This document shows, piece after piece, positions 19,244 to 28,285 of a stretch of 64,000 nt of DNA. The notes under the pieces were generated by a model. It was not told where the DNA came from, made no database searches, and saw only the letters and a program-made list of their open reading frames with translations. The translations under genes were made by a program, and so were the position numbers. The DNA lies in contig NZ_LADU01000108.1 in assembly GCF_000961795.1 (NCBI RefSeq), forward strand, positions 1,425-65,424, in the 5' to 3' direction. This DNA comes from Hyphomonas sp. BRH_c22 (GTDB taxonomy: Bacteria > Pseudomonadota > Alphaproteobacteria > Caulobacterales > Hyphomonadaceae). Position 1 is the stretch's first letter. Every line of letters starts with the position of its first letter.

Positions 19244-19945
19244 ATGACACAAACCGTTTATGCTGCAATCGGCGATATTCATGGTGAACTTGATCGCCTG
19301 AAGGAATTACACGACCAGGTGCGGTTTTACGCCGACAGGGAGCTGGGCGGGGCGGACCTGACCTGGGTGCACCTCGGCGACCTGATCGACCGGGGCGAGG
19401 ATTCCTGCGGCGTGGTCGATCACCTGATCGAAATGGAAGCGCGCCTGGGGCCGCGCTGCATAACCCTTCGGGGCAACCACGAGCAGATGATGATCGAGTC
19501 GCTTCGGTTCGATGACGAGGCCTCACGCACCAACTGGCTGAAATGGGGCGGTGAGGAAACCATGGAGAGCTATCATCGCCGGGGGCTGGATGGACCGACG
19601 GACGTCCATCTTGACTGGTTGCACGCCCTGCCGACCATCCACCGGGACGAACAGCAGGGACTCGTCTTCGTTCATGGCGGGGTTGACCCGGACGCGTTTC
19701 CCGAGTGCGGCGAACGTGTGCGTATGTGGACGCGGCGCCGGGAATTCTTTGATACGCGATGCTGGACCGCGCCGGCCCTGATTGGCCAGGTCGTGGTGCA
19801 CGGTCATACGCCAACGATGGACTGGAAGCCCGATGTCGCAGCCGATGGGCGCAGGATCAATCTTGATACCGGGGCGGTCTATGGCGGGAAACTGACGGCG
19901 GCGATCCTTGTGCCAGGCGCCGAACCGCGTTTCCTTCATAGCTAA
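19244..19945 (+). CDS. PPP-family metallophosphoesterase (Ser/Thr protein phosphatase-like)
   Basis: GDIHG, GDLIDRG, RGNHE, VHGG, HGHT, DTGA. Confidence 0.9.
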   Translation: MTQTVYAAIGDIHGELDRLKELHDQVRFYADRELGGADLTWVHLGDLIDRGEDSCGVVDHLIEMEARLGPRCITLRGNHEQMMIESLRFDDEASRTNWLKWGGEETMESYHRRGLDGPTDVHLDWLHALPTIHRDEQQGLVFVHGGVDPDAFPECGERVRMWTRRREFFDTRCWTAPALIGQVVVHGHTPTMDWKPDVAADGRRINLDTGAVYGGKLTAAILVPGAEPRFLHS

Positions 19946-20022
19946 GAAAACGAACCGAGAATCCCTATCGACAGAGCGATGAATTGCCCGCAACGGCATG
20001 ATTCAACACCGCTTAATACCTC

Positions 20023-20038
20023 TTAGGTTTTGGTTAAC
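20023..20038 (+). promoter_or_regulatory. Putative CtrA binding site upstream of the cpa/tad operon
   Basis: TTAG-N7-TTAAC (1 mismatch to consensus) plus an adjacent TTAA at 20013. Confidence 0.55.
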
Positions 20039-20153
20039 AGGGGGTTCGGGCGCTGTCCAAGATTTGGACGGCGCTCTTCAACAGACTTTATCGCCTGCAC
20101 TCTAGTGTCCCAATCTGACCAGGTGGCGGTCATGGGAAAGAGGGTATCCGACG

Positions 20154-21038
20154 ATGAAGCCAACAACCCTGATAAGTCTGGGGCTATCGCTGTTGCTGGG
20201 CGCAGGTGCGGTTTTCCTTGGCCGCAACTACATGACGTCGAATACGTCTGATGCATCTGCAGCAAGTCTCATGCCAGCTGTCGAGATGTCGTCCGTGCTC
20301 GTCGCCACCTCGGTTATCGAGACCGGAGACCTCATCGATCGCTCCGCACTGAAGGCAACGCCCTGGCCGGCCGATTCGGTTCCGGCCGATGCCCTGCGCA
20401 GCTTTGATGAGCTCAATGAGATTGCCTATGCGCGCGGACTGATTGTGCCGGGCGAGCCCCTGATGCGAACCAAGCTCGATCAAACCGGGTCAGTGCTGAC
20501 GCTTGCCGCGTCGATCACGCCGGGCATGCGAGCCGTATCCGTTGTTGTGGGCAATGATACGGGAGTGGCAGGCTTTGTCCTTCCAGGCGACAGGGTCGAT
20601 GTGAACGAATTTGTGTCGCTTGAGGAAAGCGGCCGCTCCTCTGTGCGCGATGGCGAGCGTGCATCGGGCGACGTGATCGCGCGATCCGTGCTCAGGAATG
20701 TGAATGTGCTGGCCATCGACCAGACGTTTGAAGCCGGCCTCGAAGGCGCACGCCCCTCCAGCACGGTGACCCTTGAGGTGACGCCGGATGATGCGCTTGC
20801 ATTGAGCGCAGCCAGCCAGCGCGGTGCGCTGGGCCTGGCCCTGATCGGACGCCGCGAGGAAGCCGATCTGGTAGCCGAGATACGCAAGGCCCCGGAGCCG
20901 GTGCGTGTCGTGTCACGGCCGCGCGTGGTACGGGCTCCATCGACGGCGCGTATCCGGGTGATCAACGGCGATGCAGAAACGGAAGTCACCACGCCGGTGG
21001 CCAAGGAAAAGGCTCCGGCCGGAGGTGCCAGCAAATGA
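20154..21038 (+). CDS. cpaB: Flp pilus assembly protein CpaB/RcpC
   Basis: N-terminal TM, SAF domain, PGMRAVSV, GVAGFVLPGDRVDV, VLAIDQ, VTLEVTP. Confidence 0.92.
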   Translation: MKPTTLISLGLSLLLGAGAVFLGRNYMTSNTSDASAASLMPAVEMSSVLVATSVIETGDLIDRSALKATPWPADSVPADALRSFDELNEIAYARGLIVPGEPLMRTKLDQTGSVLTLAASITPGMRAVSVVVGNDTGVAGFVLPGDRVDVNEFVSLEESGRSSVRDGERASGDVIARSVLRNVNVLAIDQTFEAGLEGARPSSTVTLEVTPDDALALSAASQRGALGLALIGRREEADLVAEIRKAPEPVRVVSRPRVVRAPSTARIRVINGDAETEVTTPVAKEKAPAGGASK

Positions 21039-22327
21039 AAAGTTTCCAGAAATTCCTGACAGCCTGTTTTGCGGCGATCATCCTGGCGGCCCCGTCCTCT
21101 GGCGCGTGGATACAGCGCAACGCACCTGATGGTGCGACGGTGCTCGTGCTCGAAAAGGGCCGCTCGACGGTCGTCGAAGCCGATCTCAAGTTTGCAACAC
21201 TGGTTGTCGCCGATCCCGAAATTGCCGACGCGATGGCAACATCAAACCGGTCCTTCTTCCTGCGCGGCAAGCTGCCAGGCACGACAACGGTCCTGATCTA
21301 TGATGCCGCCGGTGAAATCGCCGAGCTCATTGAAGTCGAAGTCGAGCTTGGCCTTGATGAATTGAGAACGGACCTGAAGAATCTTCTGCCAGGCGAAGAC
21401 ATCAATGTCTACGCCGTGCATGATGGCGTCTTCCTGGATGGCAAACTGACAACAGCGGCGGCGGCCGAAATGGCGCTGCAACTTGCCGAGCGGCATGTGC
21501 CGGGCGGAGTGGCCAATGGGCTTTCAGTCGGTCAGAGCCAGCAGGTCCTGCTCGAAGTGCGCTTTGTCGAGGCCAGCCGCAGTGCGGTGAAGGAAATCGG
21601 CTTTGGCAATTCGTTCGATGCCAATGATGTTGTCGGCGTGACTGACGGCGGCACGATTTCGGGAATTGCAGAGAAGACAATCGCCTTGTTCACGAATGTC
21701 GGAAACGAGAATGTCGATATCACCTTGCGTGCACTGGAGCAGAAGGGAGTCATCCGTACACTGGCAGAGCCGAACCTTGTGGCACTGTCGGGTGACACGG
21801 CCAGCTTCCTGGCGGGGGGTGAGTATCCCATTCCGGTTGCCAACGAGAACAACCAGATCAGTGTGGAATTCAAGAAATTCGGCGTGAGCCTGGACTTCAC
21901 GCCAACGGTTCTGGGCGACGGACTCGTCAACCTGCGTGTGCGTCCGGAAGTGTCGTCGTTGGACCGCGCCAATGGCATCCGGTCGGCCGGCATTGAAATA
22001 CCGGGTATTTCCGTGCGCCGGGCCGATACGACGATCGAGCTGCACGACGGCCAGGCCTTTGCGATCGCGGGCCTCCTGCAAAACGACTATTCCAATGATG
22101 TGCGCCAGACGCCGTGGCTGGGCAATGTGCCAGTGCTGGGCCAGCTGTTCGCGTCCAAGCGCTACCAGAAGAATGAGAGCGAGCTTGTAATCATCGTTAC
22201 GCCGCGTCTCGTGCAGCCGGCGCCGCATCCGGACATGCTCAGTTCGCCGCTGGATGCATTCGCTGAACCGACTGAAGCCGAGCTGTTCCTGCTGGACCAG
22301 ACGGCCATCGTTCCACTGGCAAACTAG
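21035..22327 (+). CDS. cpaC: Tad pilus secretin CpaC/RcpA
   Basis: QQVLLEVRFVE, LAEPNLVALSG.TASFLAGGEYPIP, PWLGNVPVLGQLF, ELVIIVTP. Confidence 0.93.
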   Translation: MKSFQKFLTACFAAIILAAPSSGAWIQRNAPDGATVLVLEKGRSTVVEADLKFATLVVADPEIADAMATSNRSFFLRGKLPGTTTVLIYDAAGEIAELIEVEVELGLDELRTDLKNLLPGEDINVYAVHDGVFLDGKLTTAAAAEMALQLAERHVPGGVANGLSVGQSQQVLLEVRFVEASRSAVKEIGFGNSFDANDVVGVTDGGTISGIAEKTIALFTNVGNENVDITLRALEQKGVIRTLAEPNLVALSGDTASFLAGGEYPIPVANENNQISVEFKKFGVSLDFTPTVLGDGLVNLRVRPEVSSLDRANGIRSAGIEIPGISVRRADTTIELHDGQAFAIAGLLQNDYSNDVRQTPWLGNVPVLGQLFASKRYQKNESELVIIVTPRLVQPAPHPDMLSSPLDAFAEPTEAELFLLDQTAIVPLAN

Positions 22328-22339
22328 GGAGGCCACGAC

Positions 22340-22606
22340 ATGAGAAAATACAACCGGAGCACCGGCACGATCGCCGCCCTTGCCCTGCTGACCGCATGCG
22401 CCAGCCACGACCATCAGGATGTTTACCTGTTGGGTGGTGCGACCGAGACAAACATTGCCGCCCAATCCGTGCGCGATGTGAATCTTCCGAACTCGCGGCA
22501 GATCGAGTCGACGTCGGGCGTAAGAGCCGCGAATGCCGTGAAGGCACTGAACGAAGGCAAGCCGAAAGAACTGCGTCAGGCGTCCGCCGGCGGAACGGGC
22601 CGCTGA
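22340..22606 (+). CDS. Small Tad-associated lipoprotein (short CpaD/pilotin-like)
   Basis: Lipobox LTAC, RBS GGGAGG, located between the secretin gene and cpaE. Confidence 0.7.
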   Translation: MRKYNRSTGTIAALALLTACASHDHQDVYLLGGATETNIAAQSVRDVNLPNSRQIESTSGVRAANAVKALNEGKPKELRQASAGGTGR

Positions 22607-22607
22607 C

Positions 22608-23810
22608 ATGTTTGAACCCGTCCTGAAACCGGAACCGACACTGCCGCCGTCGAACCGGGTGATCCCTTCGCTTGCCGCGCTGGCCAGCCCCGAGCGGATG
22701 GCGGCGCTCAAGGCCTGTTGCGCAGAGTTTTCAGATCTCTCGGGGCTTTCATCGTCCGAGATCGTCCTGCGCCATGGCGGGGGCCTGGTGCTCGTCGAGC
22801 AGGGCGTTGACGGCTATGACCAGGTGATCCTGACACTGGCTGTGGAGCGTCCCAACACGGCGGTCATCGTTGTATCCGACCAGTTGCCTGGCCATATGGT
22901 CAGGGCACTAATGAAGCTGGATGCATCCGATATCGTGCCCGGTTCGGCCGGCATTGAGGAAGTGATCGATGCTGCCGAGCAATTGCGTGAGACGCAGTCA
23001 GTTCAGGGGTCTGGCGCGACATCGAAATGCTGGGCATTTCGCGGCGCGGTTGGCGGTGCGGGTGTATCGACGCTGGCCATTGAAAGCGCCTTTGCTCTGG
23101 CGCGCAAGGTGGGCCCCGGAAAGGTCTGCCTGGTCGACCTGAACGTCGCCGACGGCATGGTCACGTCATTTCTGGAAGCCGTGCCGAAGCTGGATCTCTA
23201 TGCCCTCGCCGATGCGCCTGAACGCCTTGACCAGCGCCTGCTGGCGGCCTGGTGCTGGGAGCACGCCGACGGCGTGTCGCTGATCGCCGCGCCGCGCAAC
23301 CCGGATGCCGATCTTCTGGCTGGCGAGCCTGCCATGCTTCGCCTGCTGGATGTGGCATGCAGCGCATTCGAATACGTGCTGGTGGATATGCCTCGCCACA
23401 TGATGCCCTGGACAAAGCCCATTCTGAGCGCCGTCGACGAGGCGATCATCGTAAGCGAATTGACGGTGCCGAGCCTGCATGCGGCCGCTGACATGTGCCG
23501 GGAAACGGATGCCCTGCGGGGCGACCGCGGCACGTCGAAACTCGTGCTGAACCGCATGTTCCCCAAGAAGCGCTTCCGTGCCGAGTTTGCGGTCGACAAG
23601 GCCGAACAGGCTATCGAGCGGGAGATACACACGACGATCGCGTCCGACTGGGACGCGGCGCGCACGGCAGTCAATCTCGGCAAGCCCATTGCCGACGTGA
23701 AGCCCAAGAGCCAGCTCGTGCTGGACGTCCAACAATTCGTTGACCGGCTCCTGCCGGATGACGTTGCCGCGGGAGCGGCACAACCCCAAGCAAGGAAGCG
23801 CGCGAAATGA
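22608..23810 (+). CDS. cpaE: Pilus localisation protein CpaE/TadZ
   Basis: Pseudo-receiver domain plus ParA-like domain with degenerate P-loop GAVGGAGVSTLA. Confidence 0.88.
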   Translation: MFEPVLKPEPTLPPSNRVIPSLAALASPERMAALKACCAEFSDLSGLSSSEIVLRHGGGLVLVEQGVDGYDQVILTLAVERPNTAVIVVSDQLPGHMVRALMKLDASDIVPGSAGIEEVIDAAEQLRETQSVQGSGATSKCWAFRGAVGGAGVSTLAIESAFALARKVGPGKVCLVDLNVADGMVTSFLEAVPKLDLYALADAPERLDQRLLAAWCWEHADGVSLIAAPRNPDADLLAGEPAMLRLLDVACSAFEYVLVDMPRHMMPWTKPILSAVDEAIIVSELTVPSLHAAADMCRETDALRGDRGTSKLVLNRMFPKKRFRAEFAVDKAEQAIEREIHTTIASDWDAARTAVNLGKPIADVKPKSQLVLDVQQFVDRLLPDDVAAGAAQPQARKRAK

Positions 23811-25198
23811 GCCGGTTCGGATCGAGTACTGCGGCGCCTGCGCCGGTCATCATGCCGACTGCGAAACCCGATGACGCAAAAGCGCTGCTTGCTCAGGTGC
23901 TCACGAAAGCCAAGGACGAAACCAAGGCATTCGACCTGCTCGACGCCAAGCTGCGCGTGCATGCAAAACTGATCGACGAACTTGACCTGTCGGCGCTGGA
24001 CAAGCTGGATGACGGCACGATGCGCCAGCGTGTGCGCGGGATCATTTCGGAAATCATCCGCAAGGAAGAAATGGCGCTTTCCTCGTCGGAAGAGATATCC
24101 TTCGCCGATGCCGTGATGGATGAAATGACCGGTCTGGGACCCATCGAGCCCCTGCTGAAGGACGATTCCATCGCAGACATCCTGATCAACGGCTACGATC
24201 AGGTCTACATCGAACGCCATGGCGAACTTCAGCTGGCGCCAGTCCGCTTTGCCGACAACGACCATTTGCTGCGCATCGTGCAGCGGATTGTTTCCGCGGT
24301 AGGCCGCCGCGTTGACGAAAGCCAGCCGCTGGTCGATGCGCGCCTTCTGGATGGCAGCCGCGTGAACGCCGCCATCGCGCCGATTGCGATTGACGGCCCA
24401 CTGGTTTCGATCCGCAAGTTTTCCAAGTCTCCGCTGACGATGGACAAGCTGGTCAGCTTTGGCGCCATTCCTGGGCCTGTCGCCGAGTTCATTCTCGGAG
24501 CGGTCAAGTGCAAGGCGTCAACCGTCATCTCGGGCGGTACGGGTTCAGGCAAGACAACGCTTCTCAACGCATTGTCATCGGCGATCAGCCCGAAAGAGCG
24601 TATGATCACGATTGAGGATGCCGCCGAACTCCAGCTGCAGCAGCCGCATGTCGCGCGGATGGAAACGCGCCCGCCAAATATCGAGGGCAAAGGCGAAATC
24701 CGCCAGCGAGAACTGGTCAAGAACGCGCTGCGCATGCGGCCTGACCGGGTCATTCTCGGCGAGGTGCGGGGTGAAGAGGCATTTGACATGCTGCAGGCCA
24801 TGAATACAGGCCATGAAGGGTCGATGGCGACCATCCACGCCAACAATCCGCGCGATGCCATCACGCGCCTCGAACAGATGGTCATGATGGGCGGAATGAA
24901 GATCTCCGAAGAAGCCATCCGGGGGCAGATTGCCTCTGCCGTGAACTTCATCGTTCAGGCCTCACGCCTATCAGACGGTTCGCGCAAGGTTATGTCGATT
25001 GCCGAGATTACCGGCATGGAAGGCTCGGTCATCCAGATCCAGGAAATCTTCAAGTTCGAACGCACTGGCACGACGGCAGAGGGCAAGGTGATCGGCAAGT
25101 TCGTCGCGACCGGCCTGCGCCCGAAATTTCTAGACGAGATGGAACGGCGCGGTGTTCCCATGCCCGCCGGCATGTTCGACCCTGCAACTGTTTTCTAG
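23807..25198 (+). CDS. cpaF: Tad pilus assembly ATPase CpaF/TadA
   Basis: GGTGSGKTT, IEDAAEL, LRMRPDR..GEVRG, MNTGHEGS..TIHAN. Confidence 0.96.
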   Translation: MSRFGSSTAAPAPVIMPTAKPDDAKALLAQVLTKAKDETKAFDLLDAKLRVHAKLIDELDLSALDKLDDGTMRQRVRGIISEIIRKEEMALSSSEEISFADAVMDEMTGLGPIEPLLKDDSIADILINGYDQVYIERHGELQLAPVRFADNDHLLRIVQRIVSAVGRRVDESQPLVDARLLDGSRVNAAIAPIAIDGPLVSIRKFSKSPLTMDKLVSFGAIPGPVAEFILGAVKCKASTVISGGTGSGKTTLLNALSSAISPKERMITIEDAAELQLQQPHVARMETRPPNIEGKGEIRQRELVKNALRMRPDRVILGEVRGEEAFDMLQAMNTGHEGSMATIHANNPRDAITRLEQMVMMGGMKISEEAIRGQIASAVNFIVQASRLSDGSRKVMSIAEITGMEGSVIQIQEIFKFERTGTTAEGKVIGKFVATGLRPKFLDEMERRGVPMPAGMFDPATVF

Positions 25199-25209
25199 AG
25201 GTTCGCGAC

Positions 25210-26193
25210 GTGCTCGGCCTGCCAGATATGTCCGGTTACAATATGTTCCTCGTGATCTGTGCGATCATGGCGGCGGGTGCATTCTTTTTCGTGATCCAGG
25301 CGGGGTCGGAGCTTGTCACACAGGCAAAGACCCAGCGCATTGTGAACCGCAGGCTTCAGTTCAAGGTCAAGTTTGCGAGCACAAGCGAGGCCATGGTCGA
25401 ACTGCGCAAGAGCCGGGGCCTTGATGCCGACGGCAACTTTGCGATGCCGCTCGAGCGGTTCAACCGTCTCGTTGTTCGTTCCGGCCTGCCGTACCAGCCT
25501 CTGAGATGGGCCGCCATGTCGCTCGCAGCCGGACTGGTCGCGGCGATTGCCTATGTCCACTTTGTTGGCGGCTGGTTGCCGGCTGGCGGCATTGCGATTG
25601 TGGTGTTCTTTCTCGGGCCACTGGCTGTGCTCAAGCATGTCGCCGGCAAGCGCCGCAAGAAGCTGGCGGCGCAACTGCCGGATGCCTTGCAGATCGTCTG
25701 CCGCAGCCTTGAGGCTGGCCACCCCGTGGCGACGGCTGTCGCGCTAGTGGCGCGGGAAATGCCTGACCCGATCGGAACGGAATTCGGCATGACGGCGGAT
25801 GAAGTGTCCTATGGCTTTTCGCTGACCAATGCCGTCCAGCGCATGGCCGAGCGTTCAGGCGATCCGGATGTCGAGCTGTTCGGCGCGACCGTCCGCCTTC
25901 AGGAGAAGACGGGCGGCAACCTGTGTGACTTGCTGAAAGCCAACACAACGACGATCCGCGAACGCCAGACAATGCGCCTGAAAGTGAAGGCAGCATCATC
26001 TGAGGGGCGCATGTCGGCGCTGATCCTGACGGCGGCACCATTCCTCGTCATGCTGGCCATCCATCTGACGCGGCCGGAATTCTACGGCAACGTGATCCAC
26101 GATCCGCTCATCCGATATGGGTTCGCAGGCCTGTTCGTATGGATGTTCATCGGCAACATGGTCATGCGCAAGATGATCAATTTCAAGATGTAG
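25210..26193 (+). CDS. tadB: Tad inner membrane platform protein TadB
   Basis: QLPDAL...SLEAGHP, PDPIGTEF, TGGNL, SSEGRMSA. Confidence 0.92.
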   Translation: MLGLPDMSGYNMFLVICAIMAAGAFFFVIQAGSELVTQAKTQRIVNRRLQFKVKFASTSEAMVELRKSRGLDADGNFAMPLERFNRLVVRSGLPYQPLRWAAMSLAAGLVAAIAYVHFVGGWLPAGGIAIVVFFLGPLAVLKHVAGKRRKKLAAQLPDALQIVCRSLEAGHPVATAVALVAREMPDPIGTEFGMTADEVSYGFSLTNAVQRMAERSGDPDVELFGATVRLQEKTGGNLCDLLKANTTTIRERQTMRLKVKAASSEGRMSALILTAAPFLVMLAIHLTRPEFYGNVIHDPLIRYGFAGLFVWMFIGNMVMRKMINFKM

Positions 26194-26202
26194 GACGCCG
26201 AA

Positions 26203-27144
26203 GTGAACCTCGACCTGTCATCTTCTCCGGAAATCTGGGCGCCCATTCTGATGCTGGGCGCGGCGGTTGCGCTGTTGTTCCCAAGCCTGCTGTCCTTTCT
26301 GCGCAGTCGCCGCGACCTTGAAAGCGTCGAGCGCCGGCTGGAGCGGCGCGGACCGGCCATTGCAAACACCGAACAGCGCCGGAACCAGAGCCGAATCGGC
26401 AAGGCGGTGGCGGGGATGGCCGACCAGATGGCGCCCGGCGATGACGAGCAGGGCGTCAGCGCCGCCAAGGCACGCCTCGCCTCAGCAGGTTTTACCAGCA
26501 AGTCTGCTGTCGGCCGTTACTATTTTGCCCGGCTTGTCTGTATCGTACTGCCTCAACTCGGCCTCCTGGCGGCGTTGCCCTACCTTGCACACCTGCCCGG
26601 CAACACGCCGCTCATCATCTCTGTCATGCTGGTCATGATCGGATTGATCGCGCCTGGAATGTATCTGGATAAGCGCGCCAAGGCCCGGAGGCAGGAATGT
26701 TCGGCCGGCTTTCCCGACATGATGGACTTGCTCGTCGCCTGCGTGGAGGCCGGGCTCAGCCTTGATGCGTCTGTCCAGCGTGTCGGCGAAGAGCTGGAAC
26801 TGCGCCACCCCATCATTGCGGGCTTCATGCGGTCGCTCTCGCTTGAGCTGCGTGCCGGACGGGCCCGAAAGACTGCCTGGCGGGGTTTTGCAGACCGGAT
26901 GGGAATTGAAGAGGCGGGGTCTTTGGCGACCATGCTGCGCCAGGCCGAAGAAATGGGCACCAGCCTGGGGCAGACGCTTCGCGTCTTCTCCGCGGACATG
27001 CGCCAGCGGCGCATCCTGTATGCTGAAGAAAAGGCCATGGCCTTGCCCGCAAAACTCACTTTGCCATTGGTTTTCTTTGTTTTTCCGGTTCTCCTGGGCG
27101 TCTTGACTCTGCCTGCGGTGGTGATGTTCAAGGAAATTCTTTGA
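26203..27144 (+). CDS. tadC: Tad inner membrane platform protein TadC
   Basis: GFPDMMDLLVACVEAGLSL, GTSLGQTLR, AEEKAMALPAKLTLP. Confidence 0.93.
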   Translation: MNLDLSSSPEIWAPILMLGAAVALLFPSLLSFLRSRRDLESVERRLERRGPAIANTEQRRNQSRIGKAVAGMADQMAPGDDEQGVSAAKARLASAGFTSKSAVGRYYFARLVCIVLPQLGLLAALPYLAHLPGNTPLIISVMLVMIGLIAPGMYLDKRAKARRQECSAGFPDMMDLLVACVEAGLSLDASVQRVGEELELRHPIIAGFMRSLSLELRAGRARKTAWRGFADRMGIEEAGSLATMLRQAEEMGTSLGQTLRVFSADMRQRRILYAEEKAMALPAKLTLPLVFFVFPVLLGVLTLPAVVMFKEIL

Positions 27145-27192
27145 TGAAATGGGCGCTAGGCGAGTCAGGCCACTATTGATAGAAACAGACGC

Positions 27193-28152
27193 ATGAGCAC
27201 AACATATCTCGATTTTGAAAAGCCCATTGCTGAACTCGACGCCAAGATTGCGGAGCTCGAGGCCCTCTCAGGCCAGAAGGGCGGGCCGTCCATCAAGGAC
27301 GAACTCAACAAGCTGAAGGCCAAATCGACCAAGCAGCTGAAAGACATCTACTCAGACCTCTCCGCCTGGCGGAAGACGCAGGTCGCCCGGCATCCGGACC
27401 GCCCGCACCTGTCTGACTATATCGCCACGATTTTCGAGGATTTCGAGGAACTGGCCGGCGACCGCCTGTTCGGCAATGACGAGGCCATTATTGGCGGCCT
27501 CGCCCGGTTCAAGGGCCGGTCTGTGGTCCTCATGGGGCATGAGAAGGGCCGCACGACCGAGAAACGCCTGAAACACAATTTCGGCATGGCTCACCCTGAA
27601 GGCTATCGCAAGGCCGTGCGCCTGATGGACATGGCGGAGAAGTTCAACCTGCCGGTCCTCAGCTTTCCCGATACGGCGGGCGCCTATCCCGGTAAGGGCG
27701 GGGAAGAGCGCGGGCAGGCCGAAGCGATTGCGCGTGGCACCCAGCGCGGCCTGTCGCTGGGTGTTCCCTTCGTGACGCTGATCATCGGCGAAGGCATGTC
27801 GGGCGGTGCCATCGGCATCGCGGCGGCCAACAAGGTGCTGATGATGGAACATGCGATCTATTCGGTGATCTCGCCGGAAGGCTGTGCGTCGATCCTGTAC
27901 CGCGATCCGGCCAAGGCGCGGGATGCGGCGGAAGCCATGAAGATCACGGCGCCGGACCTGTTGAAGACAAAGGTGATCGACGGTGTGGTCAAGGAACCGA
28001 TTGGCGGCGCGCATCGCGATCCGCAGCGGGCCATGGCGGCAGCGGCGAAGGCGCTGGATGCCGCCCTCAAGGAACTGGAAGGCATGTCACCGCAGGAATT
28101 GCGGCGCCAGCGCCGCGACCGGTTCTATGCCATCGGCCGCGAGATCGCTTAA
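27193..28152 (+). CDS. accA: Acetyl-CoA carboxylase carboxyltransferase alpha
   Basis: YLDFEKPI, ARHPDRP, PEGYRKA.RLM, YSVISPEGCASIL, GGAHRD. Confidence 0.97.
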   Translation: MSTTYLDFEKPIAELDAKIAELEALSGQKGGPSIKDELNKLKAKSTKQLKDIYSDLSAWRKTQVARHPDRPHLSDYIATIFEDFEELAGDRLFGNDEAIIGGLARFKGRSVVLMGHEKGRTTEKRLKHNFGMAHPEGYRKAVRLMDMAEKFNLPVLSFPDTAGAYPGKGGEERGQAEAIARGTQRGLSLGVPFVTLIIGEGMSGGAIGIAAANKVLMMEHAIYSVISPEGCASILYRDPAKARDAAEAMKITAPDLLKTKVIDGVVKEPIGGAHRDPQRAMAAAAKALDAALKELEGMSPQELRRQRRDRFYAIGREIA

Positions 28153-28285
28153 GCGCCGCTTGTAATCGTGCGTCCGAACGGTCAGGCTGATGCCAGATCC
28201 TTGGAGGCCAATTCCTTGTTTTGTTTCACTTTAGATGCAAATCCCCTGAACATGGCGGGTGAAACACGCCAGTTGGGCGACTGAA

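Noticed and set aside
22608-23810. Walker A lacking the catalytic Lys in CpaE
   Set aside because: A degenerate P-loop is normal for CpaE/TadZ.
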